A stretch of 64,000 nt of DNA from Mycobacteriales bacterium. GTDB lineage: Bacteria > Actinomycetota > Actinomycetes > JAFAQI01. Within the stretch, counting starts at the first letter, position 1; each line of letters begins with the position of its first letter. Location: the NCBI GenBank assembly GCA_035550315.1, contig DASZPL010000135.1, positions 27,379 through 91,378 of the forward strand. Reading direction: 5' to 3'. A program made the translations under genes and the position numbers. The notes under the pieces were generated by a model. That model was not told the origin of the DNA. It worked only from the letters and a program-made list of their open reading frames with translations, and ran no database searches. Below are positions 32,232 through 46,129 of the stretch, piece after piece.

Positions 32232-32398
32232 TCCTCGCCTCCGGCGACAGCGCGGTCGGCGCCGGCCTGATCGCGTTCCTGGTCGTGGTCGCGCTGGGGA
32301 TCGCGGCGTACTTCCTGTTCCGGTCGATGAACCGTCACCTGCGCAACGTGCCGAAGTCGTTCCCGCCGCCGGACGACCATGACGACGAGTCCGGATGA
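32228..32398 (+). CDS. small membrane protein
   Basis: 56 aa with one hydrophobic helix ([21 protein letters not shown]). ATGA overlaps at both ends, with mca upstream and MarR downstream. Confidence 0.5.
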   Translation: MILASGDSAVGAGLIAFLVVVALGIAAYFLFRSMNRHLRNVPKSFPPPDDHDDESG

Positions 32399-32853
32399 CG
32401 AGCGCACCGGCGTCGCATGCCGAGGTCGCTGCCCGGCTGCGGGTCGCGATCGCGCGGCTGGCGCGCCAGCTCCGGCAGCAAAGCGTCGGCGGCCTATCGC
32501 CGTCGCAGTGGTCGGCGATGATCACCATCGAGGACAACGAACCGGTCCGCATCGGTGACGTCGCGGAGCGCGAAGGTGTCAGCGCGCCGACCGCCACCCG
32601 GATCGTCGCGGTGCTGGAGGAGGCCGGCATGGTGTCGCGGTCCAGCGACCCGCTCGACCGCCGCACCGCCTACATCGCGCTGACCGAGACGGGACGCGAG
32701 AAGCTCGAGTGGTCGCGCAGCGTCCGCACCGCTGCGCTGGTGCAACGGCTCGGCCACATGTCCGAGGAAGACATCGGCCGGTTGGTCGCCGCCTTGCCGG
32801 TGCTCGAGTCACTGCTCGTCGACGAACGGCTGGACCACCCGCCCGCCGACTGA
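32395..32853 (+). CDS. MarR family transcriptional regulator
   Basis: 152 aa. Winged-HTH pattern [12 protein letters not shown]....[38 protein letters not shown]. Confidence 0.85.
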   Translation: MTSAPASHAEVAARLRVAIARLARQLRQQSVGGLSPSQWSAMITIEDNEPVRIGDVAEREGVSAPTATRIVAVLEEAGMVSRSSDPLDRRTAYIALTETGREKLEWSRSVRTAALVQRLGHMSEEDIGRLVAALPVLESLLVDERLDHPPAD

Positions 32854-32879
32854 GTAAAGCCCTCGCATGGCACCGTGGG

Positions 32880-34844
<1,965 letters not shown>

Positions 34845-34876
34845 CGCCGGGCGGTCAGCGCACCTAACCTTCCGCT

Positions 34877-36397
34877 ATGCCGGACCTCACCGGTGCCGAG
34901 CTGGTCGCGCGGACGGATCGCCGCCTGTCAGCGCGGATCCCGGCGGCGCATCTGGTCGGGGCGATCTTGGCGGCCGCCTCTGGCGCGCTGACCGGTGCCA
35001 ACATTCACAACCAGCCCGGGTTCACCTCGACCGACCTCATCGCGCTGGTCTGCTACCTCGCGGTCTCCGGACCGGTCGGCCTCGTCACGGCTCGCTGGCT
35101 GTGCCGCCGGGCGGTGGGGTGGCTGGTCGAGGACCGGCCGGCAACGGCCGCCGACCAGCGGCGCGTGATGCGGTTGCCGATCGTCCTCGCGCTGCACGGC
35201 ATGGTCGGTTGGCTGGGCGCCGGCGCGATCTGGTCCGGGCTGACCCTGGCCGGCGGTCACGGCGCCGCTGACACCGCCCGGGTCGCGATGTCGATCGAGC
35301 TCGGCGGCCTCACGACCTCCGGCCTGTGTTACTTGATCGTCGAGTGGACGATCCGGCCGGTCGTCGCGCTGGCCCTGCGGCACCAGGTGCCCGACCGGCC
35401 GCTCACTCCCGGCGTGCGCACGAAGCTGTTGGCTTCCTGGCTGCTGGGAGCCGACGTCTTCCTGCTGATGATCGGGTTGACCTTCCTGGGTCGACCGTCA
35501 TCCTCGCCGCCGAGTGAAGCCGCGATCTGGTTCATCATCGGCGCCGGACTGCTCGCCGGCACCGCCGTGGTCTACGTCGCCACCCGGTCGCTGGCGGTGC
35601 CGCTGGTCGAACTCCGCCGGTCCGTCGGCAAGGTGCAGCGGGGTGACCTCGACGTACACCTGGAAGTAAACGACGGTGGCGAGCTCGGACTGCTGCAGGC
35701 CGGGTTCAACCAGATGGTCGGCGGTCTCCGGGAACGCGCGCTGGTGCAGGACCTGTTCGGCCGGCACGTCGGCGCGGAGGTCGCCCGGGAAGCGATCTCC
35801 GCCGGCAATGTCGAGCTTGGCGGCGAACGTCGGCGCGTCGGCGTCATCTTCGTCGACCTGATCGGATCCACCCGGCTGGCGCAGTCCGGCTCGCCGGAAC
35901 TCGTCGTCGCCTTGCTGAACCGGTTCTTCGCGGCCGTGGTGCGAGTGGTCGCGGACGAGGGCGGCTGGATCAACAAGTTCGAAGGCGACGGTGCGATGTG
36001 CGTCTTCGGAGCGCCGGCCGCGGCGGAGGATCACGCGGCGCGGGCGCTGCGGGCCGCGCGGACGCTGCGCCGCGAGCTGCTCGCCCTCGTGGCCACGACG
36101 CCCGAGCTTGATGCCGCGATCGGCGTGTCCGCCGGGGACGTGGTCGCCGGCAACGTCGGCGCGCACGAGCGCTTCGAATACACCGTCATCGGCGCGCCGG
36201 TGAACGAAGCCGCGCGGCTCTGCGACGCGGCCAAGCAACGCTTCGGCCGGGTGCTCGCCGGCGAGGAGGCGGTCGCCCGCGCCGACGGCGAGGCGGCGAT
36301 GTGGTCGGTCGGTGGCGAGCTCCAGCTGCGCGGGTACGACGAGCCGACCCTGGTCTACGAGCCGACCGACGGCCCGCCGGTCGCCGCCCGCACCTGA
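34877..36397 (+). CDS. membrane-bound class III adenylate cyclase with HAMP domain
   Basis: N-terminal multi-TM region, a HAMP linker (..VPLVELRRSVGKVQRGDLDV..), and a cyclase domain (VGVIFVDLIGSTRLA, KFEGDGAMCVFGAP, VIGAPVNEAARL). Confidence 0.88.
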   Translation: MPDLTGAELVARTDRRLSARIPAAHLVGAILAAASGALTGANIHNQPGFTSTDLIALVCYLAVSGPVGLVTARWLCRRAVGWLVEDRPATAADQRRVMRLPIVLALHGMVGWLGAGAIWSGLTLAGGHGAADTARVAMSIELGGLTTSGLCYLIVEWTIRPVVALALRHQVPDRPLTPGVRTKLLASWLLGADVFLLMIGLTFLGRPSSSPPSEAAIWFIIGAGLLAGTAVVYVATRSLAVPLVELRRSVGKVQRGDLDVHLEVNDGGELGLLQAGFNQMVGGLRERALVQDLFGRHVGAEVAREAISAGNVELGGERRRVGVIFVDLIGSTRLAQSGSPELVVALLNRFFAAVVRVVADEGGWINKFEGDGAMCVFGAPAAAEDHAARALRAARTLRRELLALVATTPELDAAIGVSAGDVVAGNVGAHERFEYTVIGAPVNEAARLCDAAKQRFGRVLAGEEAVARADGEAAMWSVGGELQLRGYDEPTLVYEPTDGPPVAART

Positions 36398-36435
36398 GCC
36401 GGGTTGTTCGCCCGGAGCGAACTGGCTCGCGCGGA

Positions 36436-36473
36436 GAATGCTTACGCGATTACATGTAATCACGCAAGCATTC
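36436..36473. promoter_or_regulatory. 38-bp near-perfect palindrome (17/19 arm matches)
   Basis: GAATGCTTACGCGATTACA|TGTAATCACGCAAGCATTC is AT-richer than its surroundings. It ends 4 nt before the GAGGAGG SD of the 36492 gene and starts 39 nt after the cyclase stop. Confidence 0.7.
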
Positions 36474-36491
36474 TGGCGAGGAGGCCGGACA

Positions 36492-36998
36492 ATGAGCGAC
36501 GAGATTCGCGCCTGGTTCAGCGGACGGCTGCCCGGCGACTGGTTCACATCGGCGCCGTCGGTCGTGGTCGACCGCGACGAGATCACCATCACCGGTGAAC
36601 TGACGCCACCGGAGCCGGCCGGCGACACCGACGATGCCCGGCGCGCTGCCGAGGCGGGGCGGATCAGCCGGTTCCGCGAGCAGACCCGCGACGAGCGGAT
36701 CGCGATCGCGCGGGAGGCCGAGCACCGGTTCGGGCGCAAGGTCGCGTGGGCCGCCAAGTGCGGCGAGACCGAGAAGCCGTTCACCCGGCTCGCCGCGCCG
36801 GTGATGACCCGGTTGCGGCAGCCCGAGCGAGTCGTGCTCGACACCCTGGTCGACGCGGGCGTCGCGCGGTCCCGCTCCCACGCGCTCGCCTGGTGCGTCC
36901 GGTTGGTCGGCGAACACGCCGAGCAGTGGCTGGGCGAGCTGCGGGGGGCGTTGACCGAGGTGGAGCGGCTGCGGGCGGCCGGCCCGGCGAGCAGCTAA
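36492..36998 (+). CDS. hypothetical protein with a possible C-terminal ribbon-helix-helix-like segment
   Basis: The 168-aa product starts at an ATG with a GAGGAGG SD. The C-terminal stretch PERVVLDTLVDAGVARSRSHALAWCVRLVGEH resembles an RHH (strand plus SRS-helix) pattern, but this is a weak call. Confidence 0.55.
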   Translation: MSDEIRAWFSGRLPGDWFTSAPSVVVDRDEITITGELTPPEPAGDTDDARRAAEAGRISRFREQTRDERIAIAREAEHRFGRKVAWAAKCGETEKPFTRLAAPVMTRLRQPERVVLDTLVDAGVARSRSHALAWCVRLVGEHAEQWLGELRGALTEVERLRAAGPASS

Positions 36999-37139
36999 CC
37001 CCGCACCGAGCCGAGCGCCGCGACCCTTACCGAAAGGTGCGGGTCGGCGCGCCGGCGATTCGCCCCCGGTCGTGGCGGGAATACAGGACGAGCGTTATGC
37101 TTGGCGCCTTCCTCGCTCGCGCCTAGCCGGAGGAGAGTT

Positions 37140-38960
<1,821 letters not shown>

Positions 38961-38967
38961 CCGGCGG

Positions 38968-39717
38968 TCAGTGCCGCATCGCCCAGACCACCCGCACTGA
39001 CGCGCTCACCGTCTGCCGGCCCGGGTTCAGCGGGATCGGGCTGCCGGGCGCGGCCGCGACGGCGCCGGCCGCACCGTGGATCGCCAGCCGCTCGCCGTTC
39101 GTGCCGTGAACGTTGGCGGTGATGCTCATCACCCGGCCGAGCTGCCGGCCGGCCAGCGTCGCGAACTGCTCCGCCGCGTCCTTCGCGCTGGCGAACGCGT
39201 CGGCGCGCGCCTTCTCGATCAGTTTCGCCTTATGCGCAATCGTCAGCCGGGCGTCGTCGATCCGTAGATGGTTGCCGCCCGCGCTGGCGGCGGCATCGAG
39301 CGCGTCGCCGGCATCGGCGAGCGGGATCTTCGCCGTCATCGACTCATCGGCTTGGAAGCCGTTGCGATGCCCATGGGAGTAGTGCGGCTCGACCGACAGC
39401 CCGAAGGTCTGGATCCGGCTGGCCGCCACGCCTTGGGCCTCCAACGCGTCGATCACCGCCGTCGCTGCGCTGCCGGCCGTGTCGAGCGCCGCCTTCGCCG
39501 TGCTCTGGGTCGCGTGCGCGTCGAAGTCGATGACCAGCGTGTCCGGCGTCCCTTTGGCGCTGCCGTGACCCGACACGCTGACCGAGTCGGTGTGCGCCGT
39601 CGGATGCGCGACTGCGGCGACGGCGGGCGCGCTGCCGCCGACCATGGCGATGGTGGTTACGCCGACCGCTGCGGTGGTCACGACGGCGCGCGTGGCTCGG
39701 TTTCGGATCCGTGTCAT
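38968..39717 (-). CDS. SIMPL (DUF541) domain secreted protein, copy 1
   Basis: ATG 39717 with a GAGGAG SD. Signal peptide followed by ...VSGHGSAKGTPDTLVIDF....A....A.....ARADAFASAKDAAEQFA.LAGR.LG.V..I, the SIMPL pattern. Confidence 0.7.
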   Translation of the reverse strand: MTRIRNRATRAVVTTAAVGVTTIAMVGGSAPAVAAVAHPTAHTDSVSVSGHGSAKGTPDTLVIDFDAHATQSTAKAALDTAGSAATAVIDALEAQGVAASRIQTFGLSVEPHYSHGHRNGFQADESMTAKIPLADAGDALDAAASAGGNHLRIDDARLTIAHKAKLIEKARADAFASAKDAAEQFATLAGRQLGRVMSITANVHGTNGERLAIHGAAGAVAAAPGSPIPLNPGRQTVSASVRVVWAMRH

Positions 39718-39736
39718 CTGGTTCTCCTCGAGTGGG

Positions 39737-40492
39737 TCACTGCAGGCTCCACACCACGTGGACGGTAACGCCGATTTGTTGTTGGCCGGGCCGGATCGGT
39801 ACGGCGGCCTTCGCGTCGGATCGCAGCGCGCTGTCGTACTGCAACGGCACGGGGGTGCGTCCGCCGTGGTCGACCGTCGCCGTGATCGCCAGCACCCGGC
39901 CGAGCGTCCGTCCGGCCAGGTTCGCATACTGCGTGGCCGCGGCCTTTGCGTCGGTGAACGCCTTGGCCCGGGCGGCGGCCAGCAGCCGCGCGTCGTCGCT
40001 GACGTCGAACGACAGCCCCTCGACCCGCACCTGGTTGCCGGCGGCGGTAGCGGCGGCGTCGAGGGTGCGGCCAACGCGAGTCAGCTGGTGGATCGACACG
40101 GTGATCGATTCGCTGGCGGCGTACCCGTCCGGTTGGCCATGCACGTCGTAGGTCTGGTCGAGCGACAGGTCCGTGGTCTGGATGTCGCGGCGGCCGACGC
40201 CGCTTCCGGTCAACCGCGCGATCACCTGCCGGGCCGCGGTGCTCGAACCGTCGAGCGCCGCCTGCACCGTCGGCTGGTGCGACGCGACCCGAAGCCGCGC
40301 GACCAAGGTGTCCGGCACGCCGTCGACCGAGCCATGCCCCGCCAACCGCAGGGTGTTCGCGTTGGTCGGCGTCGACGCGGCCGCCGCGGTCGAGCCGGAG
40401 TCGCCACCGACCGCGGCGGCGGTCGCACCCACGCTCAACGCCGCGACCGCCGCGATCGCCAGCGCGGTGATCGCCGTACGGTTCACCGTCAT
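39737..40492 (-). CDS. SIMPL (DUF541) domain secreted protein, copy 2
   Basis: ATG 40492 with a GGAGG SD. Clear paralogue of the downstream gene (LAGHGSVDGVPDTLVARL..., ARAKAFTDAKAAATQYANLAGRTLGRV). Confidence 0.7.
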   Translation of the reverse strand: MTVNRTAITALAIAAVAALSVGATAAAVGGDSGSTAAAASTPTNANTLRLAGHGSVDGVPDTLVARLRVASHQPTVQAALDGSSTAARQVIARLTGSGVGRRDIQTTDLSLDQTYDVHGQPDGYAASESITVSIHQLTRVGRTLDAAATAAGNQVRVEGLSFDVSDDARLLAAARAKAFTDAKAAATQYANLAGRTLGRVLAITATVDHGGRTPVPLQYDSALRSDAKAAVPIRPGQQQIGVTVHVVWSLQ

Positions 40493-40574
40493 CGTCGCCT
40501 CCGGCTTGCAGTTGGTGACACTCAGACGGCGGGAATCGCAGTCTGGTTTCATCCGGCGAAGTAACCTGCGGGCC

Positions 40575-41342
40575 GTGGGCTTACGGCGTGTGGTCTACGG
40601 CGTTTACGAGCGGCGCCTGATCCGGTCGCTGCCAGCGAACCCTCGCCCCCGCCACGTCGGCGTCATCCTCGATGGCAACCGCCGGTGGGCCCGCGCGACC
40701 GGAGCGGCGGACGTCAGCGAAGGCCACCAGGCCGGCGCCGAGCACATCCTGGACCTGCTCGGCTGGTGCGAGGAGGCCGGCGTCGAGGTCGTGACGCTCT
40801 GGCTGCTCTCCAGCGACAACCTGGCCCGGCCGCCCGAAGAGCTCGGACCACTGCTCCGCATCATCGAAGCGACCGCCGCCGAGCTGGCGGCACCGACTCG
40901 GCGCTGGCGAGTGCATCCGGTCGGGGCGCTCGACCTGCTGCCGGACTCGACCGTGCGGGCGCTGAAGGAAGCCGACGAGGTCACCCGGGACAAGGTCGGC
41001 CTGCTGGTCAACATCGCCGTCGGGTACGGCGGACGGCGCGAGATCACCGACGCGGTCCGCAGCCTGCTGCACGAGCATGCGTCGCGCGGCGCCTCCCTCG
41101 AGGAGGTTGCGGACGTGCTCGACGTCGAGCACATCGCGGACCACCTCTACACCCGCGGCCAGCCCGACCCGGACTTGGTCATCCGCACGTCCGGCGAGCA
41201 GCGGCTTGGCGGCTTCCTGCTGTGGCAGAGCGCGCATTCCGAGTTCTACTTTTGCGACGCGCTGTGGCCCGACTTTCGCCGGATCGACTTCCTGCGCGCG
41301 CTTCGGTCGTACGCGCAGCGGGAGCGGCGCCTGGGGGCGTGA
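40575..41342 (+). CDS. cis (Z)-prenyl diphosphate synthase (UppS family)
   Basis: PRHVGVILDGNRRWA, TLWLLSSDN and RTSGEQRLGGFLLWQSAHSEFYF are cis-IPPS motifs. GTG 40575 gives 255 aa. Confidence 0.88.
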   Translation: MGLRRVVYGVYERRLIRSLPANPRPRHVGVILDGNRRWARATGAADVSEGHQAGAEHILDLLGWCEEAGVEVVTLWLLSSDNLARPPEELGPLLRIIEATAAELAAPTRRWRVHPVGALDLLPDSTVRALKEADEVTRDKVGLLVNIAVGYGGRREITDAVRSLLHEHASRGASLEEVADVLDVEHIADHLYTRGQPDPDLVIRTSGEQRLGGFLLWQSAHSEFYFCDALWPDFRRIDFLRALRSYAQRERRLGA

Positions 41343-41352
41343 CCCTTTGCCG

Positions 41353-41400
41353 AGTCCGAGCTCGGACGTAAGCCTGCGGCTTAGTCCTAACGCTCGGACT
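41353..41400 (+). terminator. nested stem-loop downstream of the prenyl synthase gene
   Basis: Outer stem AGTCCGAGC (41353-41361) pairs with GCTCGGACT (41392-41400). Inner hairpin TAAGCC-TGC-GGCTTA. There is no U-tract, so a terminator function is only inferred from position. Confidence 0.35.
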
Positions 41401-41449
41401 TCGCCAAATGGTCACGCATACCAAAGACGTGATGTGATCTTGGGGGTGG

Positions 41450-42790
41450 GTGCGTCGGTTCGTTGAGGGCGGCGGTGTGGCCGGGCCGGACGTTGTGATC
41501 GTGGGCGGGCGGTGCGCGGGGGCGTCGCTGGCGATTCAGTTGGCGCGCAGCGGGGCGTCGGTGTGCGTCGTCGACCGCGCGCGGTTTCCCAGCGACGTGC
41601 TGTCCACGCACGGCATCCAGCCGTCCGGCGTTCTCGCGCTGAACCGGCTCGGCGTGCGCGAGCAGGTCGAGGCGACCACGGTGCCGATCGTGCGGGCGGA
41701 GATCGCGCTCGGCGCGGCGTCCGGTGCGGTCGACGAGGTCACGGAGTTGCTCGGCGCGCCGATGTTGAACGTCCGGCGCTGCACCCTCGACCAGATCCTG
41801 CTCGACGCCGCCGCGGCGGCGGGCGCTGACGTGCGGCCGGAGACCAACGTCCGCGAACTGATCCGCGACGGCGACCGGATCACCGGCATCCGCACCAGCG
41901 CCGGCGACATCGAAGCCGCGATCGTCGTCGGCGCGGACGGATCCCGGTCGACGGTGGCGCGCCTGGTCGATGCCGAGGAGTACGCCGTGACCGCGCCACC
42001 ACGGCTCTTTGTCTGGGGTTACTTCGACGGCGTCGCGATCGACGGCGCAGCGACCGTATGGGTCGGAAAGCCGGACGCGCACGGCTTCCTCGCCAGCCCG
42101 ACAGACGCCGGCCTGTTCATGGCGGCCGCGACGTTTGACATGGCGCGCAAGGCCGACGTGCTCGTCGACCGCGAGCAGGCCTTCCGCACTGCCCTGCGCG
42201 AGTGGCCCGAGCTCGAAGCCGTCGTCGCCGGCGGCACCTTGCAGGGTCCGCTCCGCGCGATGGCGAACTGGCGCGGGTTCTTCCGGCGCAGCGCGGGACC
42301 CGGCTGGGCGTTGGTCGGTGATGCCGGCCACTTCAAGGACCCGACGCCGGGACAGGGGATCGCCGATGCCTTCCGCCAGTCGGAGCGGTTGGCGAGCGCG
42401 ATTCTCGACGGACTGGGCGGCCGCGTCCCCATTGACGAGGCATTGACGCGGTGGTGGCACTGGCGCGATGCCGACGCGTGGGAGATGTACTGGTTCGCCC
42501 ACGACATCGGTGCGGCGGGCCGCACGGCGCCGTTAACGCGCGAGGTGCAAGAGTCCATCGTTCGGAGCCCCCGAATGCGGCAGCGGCTCATCCGGGTGCT
42601 GAACCATGAGGTGTCGCCGGCAGCGGTCGCGACGACGGGACTGGTCGCCGGCGCCTTCGCCCGATCGCTGGCGCGATCAAGAGCCGATCGGCGCCGGATC
42701 CTCACCGAGGCGCGCGACATCGTGCGCGACGAGCTGAGCCGGCGTCGGGCGCGCCCCAGAGCGTCGCGTGGGCGTGTCGGACGAGGTTGA
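41450..42790 (+). CDS. FAD-dependent oxidoreductase/monooxygenase (geranylgeranyl-reductase / aromatic-ring hydroxylase-like)
   Basis: DVVIVGGRCAGASLAIQLARSGASVCVVD is the dinucleotide-binding motif and GDAGHFKDPTPGQGI is a DG-type FAD motif. The start is uncertain (GTG 41450, or a downstream GTG). Confidence 0.7.
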   Translation: MRRFVEGGGVAGPDVVIVGGRCAGASLAIQLARSGASVCVVDRARFPSDVLSTHGIQPSGVLALNRLGVREQVEATTVPIVRAEIALGAASGAVDEVTELLGAPMLNVRRCTLDQILLDAAAAAGADVRPETNVRELIRDGDRITGIRTSAGDIEAAIVVGADGSRSTVARLVDAEEYAVTAPPRLFVWGYFDGVAIDGAATVWVGKPDAHGFLASPTDAGLFMAAATFDMARKADVLVDREQAFRTALREWPELEAVVAGGTLQGPLRAMANWRGFFRRSAGPGWALVGDAGHFKDPTPGQGIADAFRQSERLASAILDGLGGRVPIDEALTRWWHWRDADAWEMYWFAHDIGAAGRTAPLTREVQESIVRSPRMRQRLIRVLNHEVSPAAVATTGLVAGAFARSLARSRADRRRILTEARDIVRDELSRRRARPRASRGRVGRG

Positions 42791-42846
42791 CGGCGTCAGC
42801 GGTTTACGGTCGCAGGAAGGGCGTGACCTAGCCCATCGGAGGGCCC

Positions 42847-44190
42847 GTGACCCCAGCGACTAGCGCCGCAGCAGCTAAGACAACAGCGAGGCGGCGCAAG
42901 CCGCGGCGGCGCGACTACGTCCTTGACACCAGCGTCCTGCTGGCCGATCCGTCTGCGATCAGCCGGTTCGCGGAGCACAACGTCGTACTCCCGGTCGTCG
43001 TCATTGCGGAGCTCGAGGCGAAGCGCAACCATCCCGAGCTCGGCTGGTTCGCCCGGCAGGCGTTGCGGCTGCTCGACGACCTGCGGGCCCGCCACGGCCG
43101 GCTCGACGCCCCGGTGCCGGCCAACGAGTCGGGCGGGACGCTGCGGGTCGAGCTGAACCACTGCGATCCGGCCATCCTGCCGCCGGGGTTCCGGCAAGGC
43201 GACAACGACGCGCGCATCCTCGTCGTCGCCTGCAACCTGGCGGCCGAGGGCGCCGACGTCGTGCTCGTCAGCAAGGACATGCCGCTGCGGATCAAGGCGG
43301 CGAGCGTCGGCATCACGGCGGAGGAGTACCTCGCCGAGCAGGTCACGTCCGGTTGGTCCGGCATGGCCGAGCTCGACGTGGTCGGTGACGACGTCGACCG
43401 GTTGTACGCCGACGGCCGGCTCGACCTCGAGTCCGCCCGCGAGCTGCCGTGTCACACCGGCGTCGTGTTGCTGTCGGAACGCGGCAGCGCGCTGGCGCGG
43501 GTCGGGCCGGACAAGCAGCTGCGGCTGGTGCGCGGTGATCGCGACGCGTTCGGCATTCACGGCCGCAGCGCCGAGCAGCGGGTCGCCCTGGACCTGCTGC
43601 TCGACCCCGAGGTCGGCATCGTCTCGCTCGGCGGTCGCGCCGGCACCGGCAAGTCCGCGCTGGCGTTGTCGGCCGGGCTCGAGACGGTGTTGGAGCGCCG
43701 GCAGCACCGGAAGGTCATCGTGTTCCGCCCGCTCTACGCCGTCGGCGGCCAGGACCTCGGCTACCTGCCCGGCAGCGAGAGCGAGAAGATGACCCCCTGG
43801 GCCGAGGCGGTCTTCGACACCCTCGGCGCCGTCGTCCCCGAGCGCGTGATCGACGAGATCGTGCACCGTGAGCTGCTCGAAGTGTTGCCACTGACGCACA
43901 TCCGGGGCCGCAGCCTGCACGACGCGTTCATCATCGTCGACGAGGCGCAGTCCCTCGAGCGCGGCGTCCTCCTCACCGTGCTGTCGCGGATTGGGCAGGG
44001 CTCGCGGGTGGTGCTGACGCACGACGTCGCGCAGCGCGACAACCTGCGCGTCGGCCGGCACGACGGCATCGCCGCGGTCATCGAGGCGTTGAAGGGTCAT
44101 CCGCTGTTCGCGCACGTGACGTTGACCCGCTCGGAGCGCTCACCCATCGCCGCCCTGGTCACCGAGATGCTCGAGGACTTGGGCAGCTAG
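42847..44190 (+). CDS. phoH2: PIN-domain / PhoH-like ATPase fusion (PhoH2)
   Basis: N-terminal PIN domain ([12 protein letters not shown]), then PhoH P-loop [12 protein letters not shown] and Walker B IIVDEAQ. Confidence 0.88.
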   Translation: MTPATSAAAAKTTARRRKPRRRDYVLDTSVLLADPSAISRFAEHNVVLPVVVIAELEAKRNHPELGWFARQALRLLDDLRARHGRLDAPVPANESGGTLRVELNHCDPAILPPGFRQGDNDARILVVACNLAAEGADVVLVSKDMPLRIKAASVGITAEEYLAEQVTSGWSGMAELDVVGDDVDRLYADGRLDLESARELPCHTGVVLLSERGSALARVGPDKQLRLVRGDRDAFGIHGRSAEQRVALDLLLDPEVGIVSLGGRAGTGKSALALSAGLETVLERRQHRKVIVFRPLYAVGGQDLGYLPGSESEKMTPWAEAVFDTLGAVVPERVIDEIVHRELLEVLPLTHIRGRSLHDAFIIVDEAQSLERGVLLTVLSRIGQGSRVVLTHDVAQRDNLRVGRHDGIAAVIEALKGHPLFAHVTLTRSERSPIAALVTEMLEDLGS

Positions 44191-44208
44191 TCCTTCTAAC
44201 CTGATGCC

Positions 44209-45312
44209 ATGACGGCGGAGCGCGACGTCGACCGCAGTTCGCTCGACGCCCGCCGCTGGGTCGACGAGGCGATCCGGCGGGTAGAAGCCGACGCCAACCG
44301 CTCGGCCGACACCCACCTGGTGCCGCTGCCGCTACCGGCGTTCGGCGAGATCGACGTCTACCTCAAGGACGAGTCGACCCACCCGACCGGGTCGTTGAAG
44401 CATCGGCTCGCCCGATCCCTGTTTCTCTACGGTCTGTGCAACGGCTGGATCCGCGAAGGTACGACGATCGTCGAGGCGTCCTCGGGATCGACCGCGATCA
44501 GCGAGGCGTACTTCGCGCGCATGCTAGACCTGCCGTTCATCGCCGTGATGCCGCGCGAGACGAGTGCCGAGAAGATCGCGCTGATCGAACGGGAAGGCGG
44601 CAAGTGCCATCTGGTTGACGACGCGACCGCTGTCTACGTCGAGGCGGCCCGACTGGCCGAGCAGACCGGCGGTCACTACCTCGACCAGTTCACCTACGCC
44701 GAGCGCGCGACCGACTGGCGCGGCAACAACAACATCGCCGAGTCGATCTTCGAGCAGCTGCAGCTCGAGCGGTTTCCGATCCCGCGTTGGATCGTGGTCG
44801 GCGCCGGCACGGGTGGCACCAGCGCCACCATCGGTCGCTACGTCAGGTACCGCCGGCACGCGACCGGACTCGTGGTCGTCGACCCGGAGCACTCCGCTTT
44901 CTTTCCGGGTTGGCACGACGATGACGGGTCGGCGACGACTGACTGCGGCTCGCGGATCGAAGGCATCGGGCGTCCCCGGGTCGAGCCAAGCTTCGTTCCG
45001 GGCGTGGTCGACCGGATGATCACCGTGCCCGACGCCGCGTCGATCGCAACCGTCCGTGTCCTCGAGGCGATGCTGGGACGGCGGGTCGGGGCTTCCACCG
45101 GCACGAACGTGTGGGGTGCGCTCCGCCTCGCGAGCGAGATGCACGTTCGGGGCGAGCCCGGCAGCATCGTCACCCTCCTCTGCGACGGCGGCGACCGCTA
45201 TGCGCACAGCTACTTCGACGACGACTGGCTGGCGGCGCACGGCCTGGACCTGTCGCCATACTTGGACCGGCTCCAGCAGACGCTGACGACGGGACGTTGG
45301 ACGGCGGGCTGA
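44209..45312 (+). CDS. PLP-dependent enzyme of the cysteine synthase / tryptophan synthase beta superfamily
   Basis: [16 protein letters not shown] carries the PLP lysine, and [12 protein letters not shown] is the phosphate-binding loop. The substrate cannot be inferred. Confidence 0.7.
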   Translation: MTAERDVDRSSLDARRWVDEAIRRVEADANRSADTHLVPLPLPAFGEIDVYLKDESTHPTGSLKHRLARSLFLYGLCNGWIREGTTIVEASSGSTAISEAYFARMLDLPFIAVMPRETSAEKIALIEREGGKCHLVDDATAVYVEAARLAEQTGGHYLDQFTYAERATDWRGNNNIAESIFEQLQLERFPIPRWIVVGAGTGGTSATIGRYVRYRRHATGLVVVDPEHSAFFPGWHDDDGSATTDCGSRIEGIGRPRVEPSFVPGVVDRMITVPDAASIATVRVLEAMLGRRVGASTGTNVWGALRLASEMHVRGEPGSIVTLLCDGGDRYAHSYFDDDWLAAHGLDLSPYLDRLQQTLTTGRWTAG

Positions 45313-45328
45313 CGGCAAACCGGCCGTG

Positions 45329-46081
45329 CTAATACGGTTCCTCGCCCTCGGTGGTTTCGACCGCGAGCACGCCTTCGATCTCCGTCAGCCGGCTGACGAG
45401 CTCCGTCAGGCTCGCCCGGCCCTGGATCTGCACCGTTACCTCGACTTCGGTGGTTGCGGCGCGGTGGTCGGCGGCTGCCGGACGTCGCGCGCCCTGGCGC
45501 GTGGTATCGACGCCGACGACGTGGAAGCCAGCATCAGTCACGGTTGCGAGGATGCGGCGTAGCAGCCCCCGGCCGTCGTGGTAGCGGACTTGCAAGGCTG
45601 GCGCGCCGATGCCGAGCCGGCGGGTCACGGCGTGGCCGAGCGGAGGCAACCCGATGATCGCCAGAAAGTAACCACCGGTGGCGATCGCCGCGAGGAGCGC
45701 CAGACCCGCCCCGGCCGCGGCGCCGACGGCGGCCGTGAGCCATACGCTGGCCGCCGTCGTCAAGCCGCGGACGCTGTCGCGATAGACGAAGATGATGCCG
45801 CCGCCGATGAAGCCCACGCCGGAGACGATCTGGGCGGCCACCCGTGACGGATCCAGCACGACCCGCCCGCCGGACAGCACGTCGGTGAAGCCGTACTTGC
45901 TGATCAGCATGAACAGGGCTGCCGCAGTGCCGACGAGCGTGTAGGTGCGAATGCCCGCAGCCTTCTGTTTTGCTTCCCGTTCCAGGCCGATGAGGGCGGA
46001 CAGGCCAAACGCGATCGCGATCTCGCCGATTTGGGCCCAGCCTTGGCCGCTGGGCTCGCCGAACGCCGCGACCGAGGTCAC
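45329..46081 (-). CDS. mgtC: MgtC/SapB family membrane protein with C-terminal ACT-like domain
   Basis: Carries GLEREAKQKAAGIRTYTLVG plus further TM helices. The soluble C-terminal ~90 aa is typical of MgtC. Confidence 0.8.
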   Translation of the reverse strand: MTSVAAFGEPSGQGWAQIGEIAIAFGLSALIGLEREAKQKAAGIRTYTLVGTAAALFMLISKYGFTDVLSGGRVVLDPSRVAAQIVSGVGFIGGGIIFVYRDSVRGLTTAASVWLTAAVGAAAGAGLALLAAIATGGYFLAIIGLPPLGHAVTRRLGIGAPALQVRYHDGRGLLRRILATVTDAGFHVVGVDTTRQGARRPAAADHRAATTEVEVTVQIQGRASLTELVSRLTEIEGVLAVETTEGEEPY

Positions 46082-46129
46082 GATCCGAACGTAGCGCGGC
46101 CGTCCGGCTCAGACCGCATTCGGACCCGG

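Noticed and set aside
41429-41439. 11-mer GTGATGTGATC shared with 53141-53151, both near starts of FAD-dependent oxidoreductase genes
   Set aside because: My rough estimate is that hundreds of chance 11-mer pair matches are expected in 64 kb, and there is no extended similarity around the match. Treated as coincidence.
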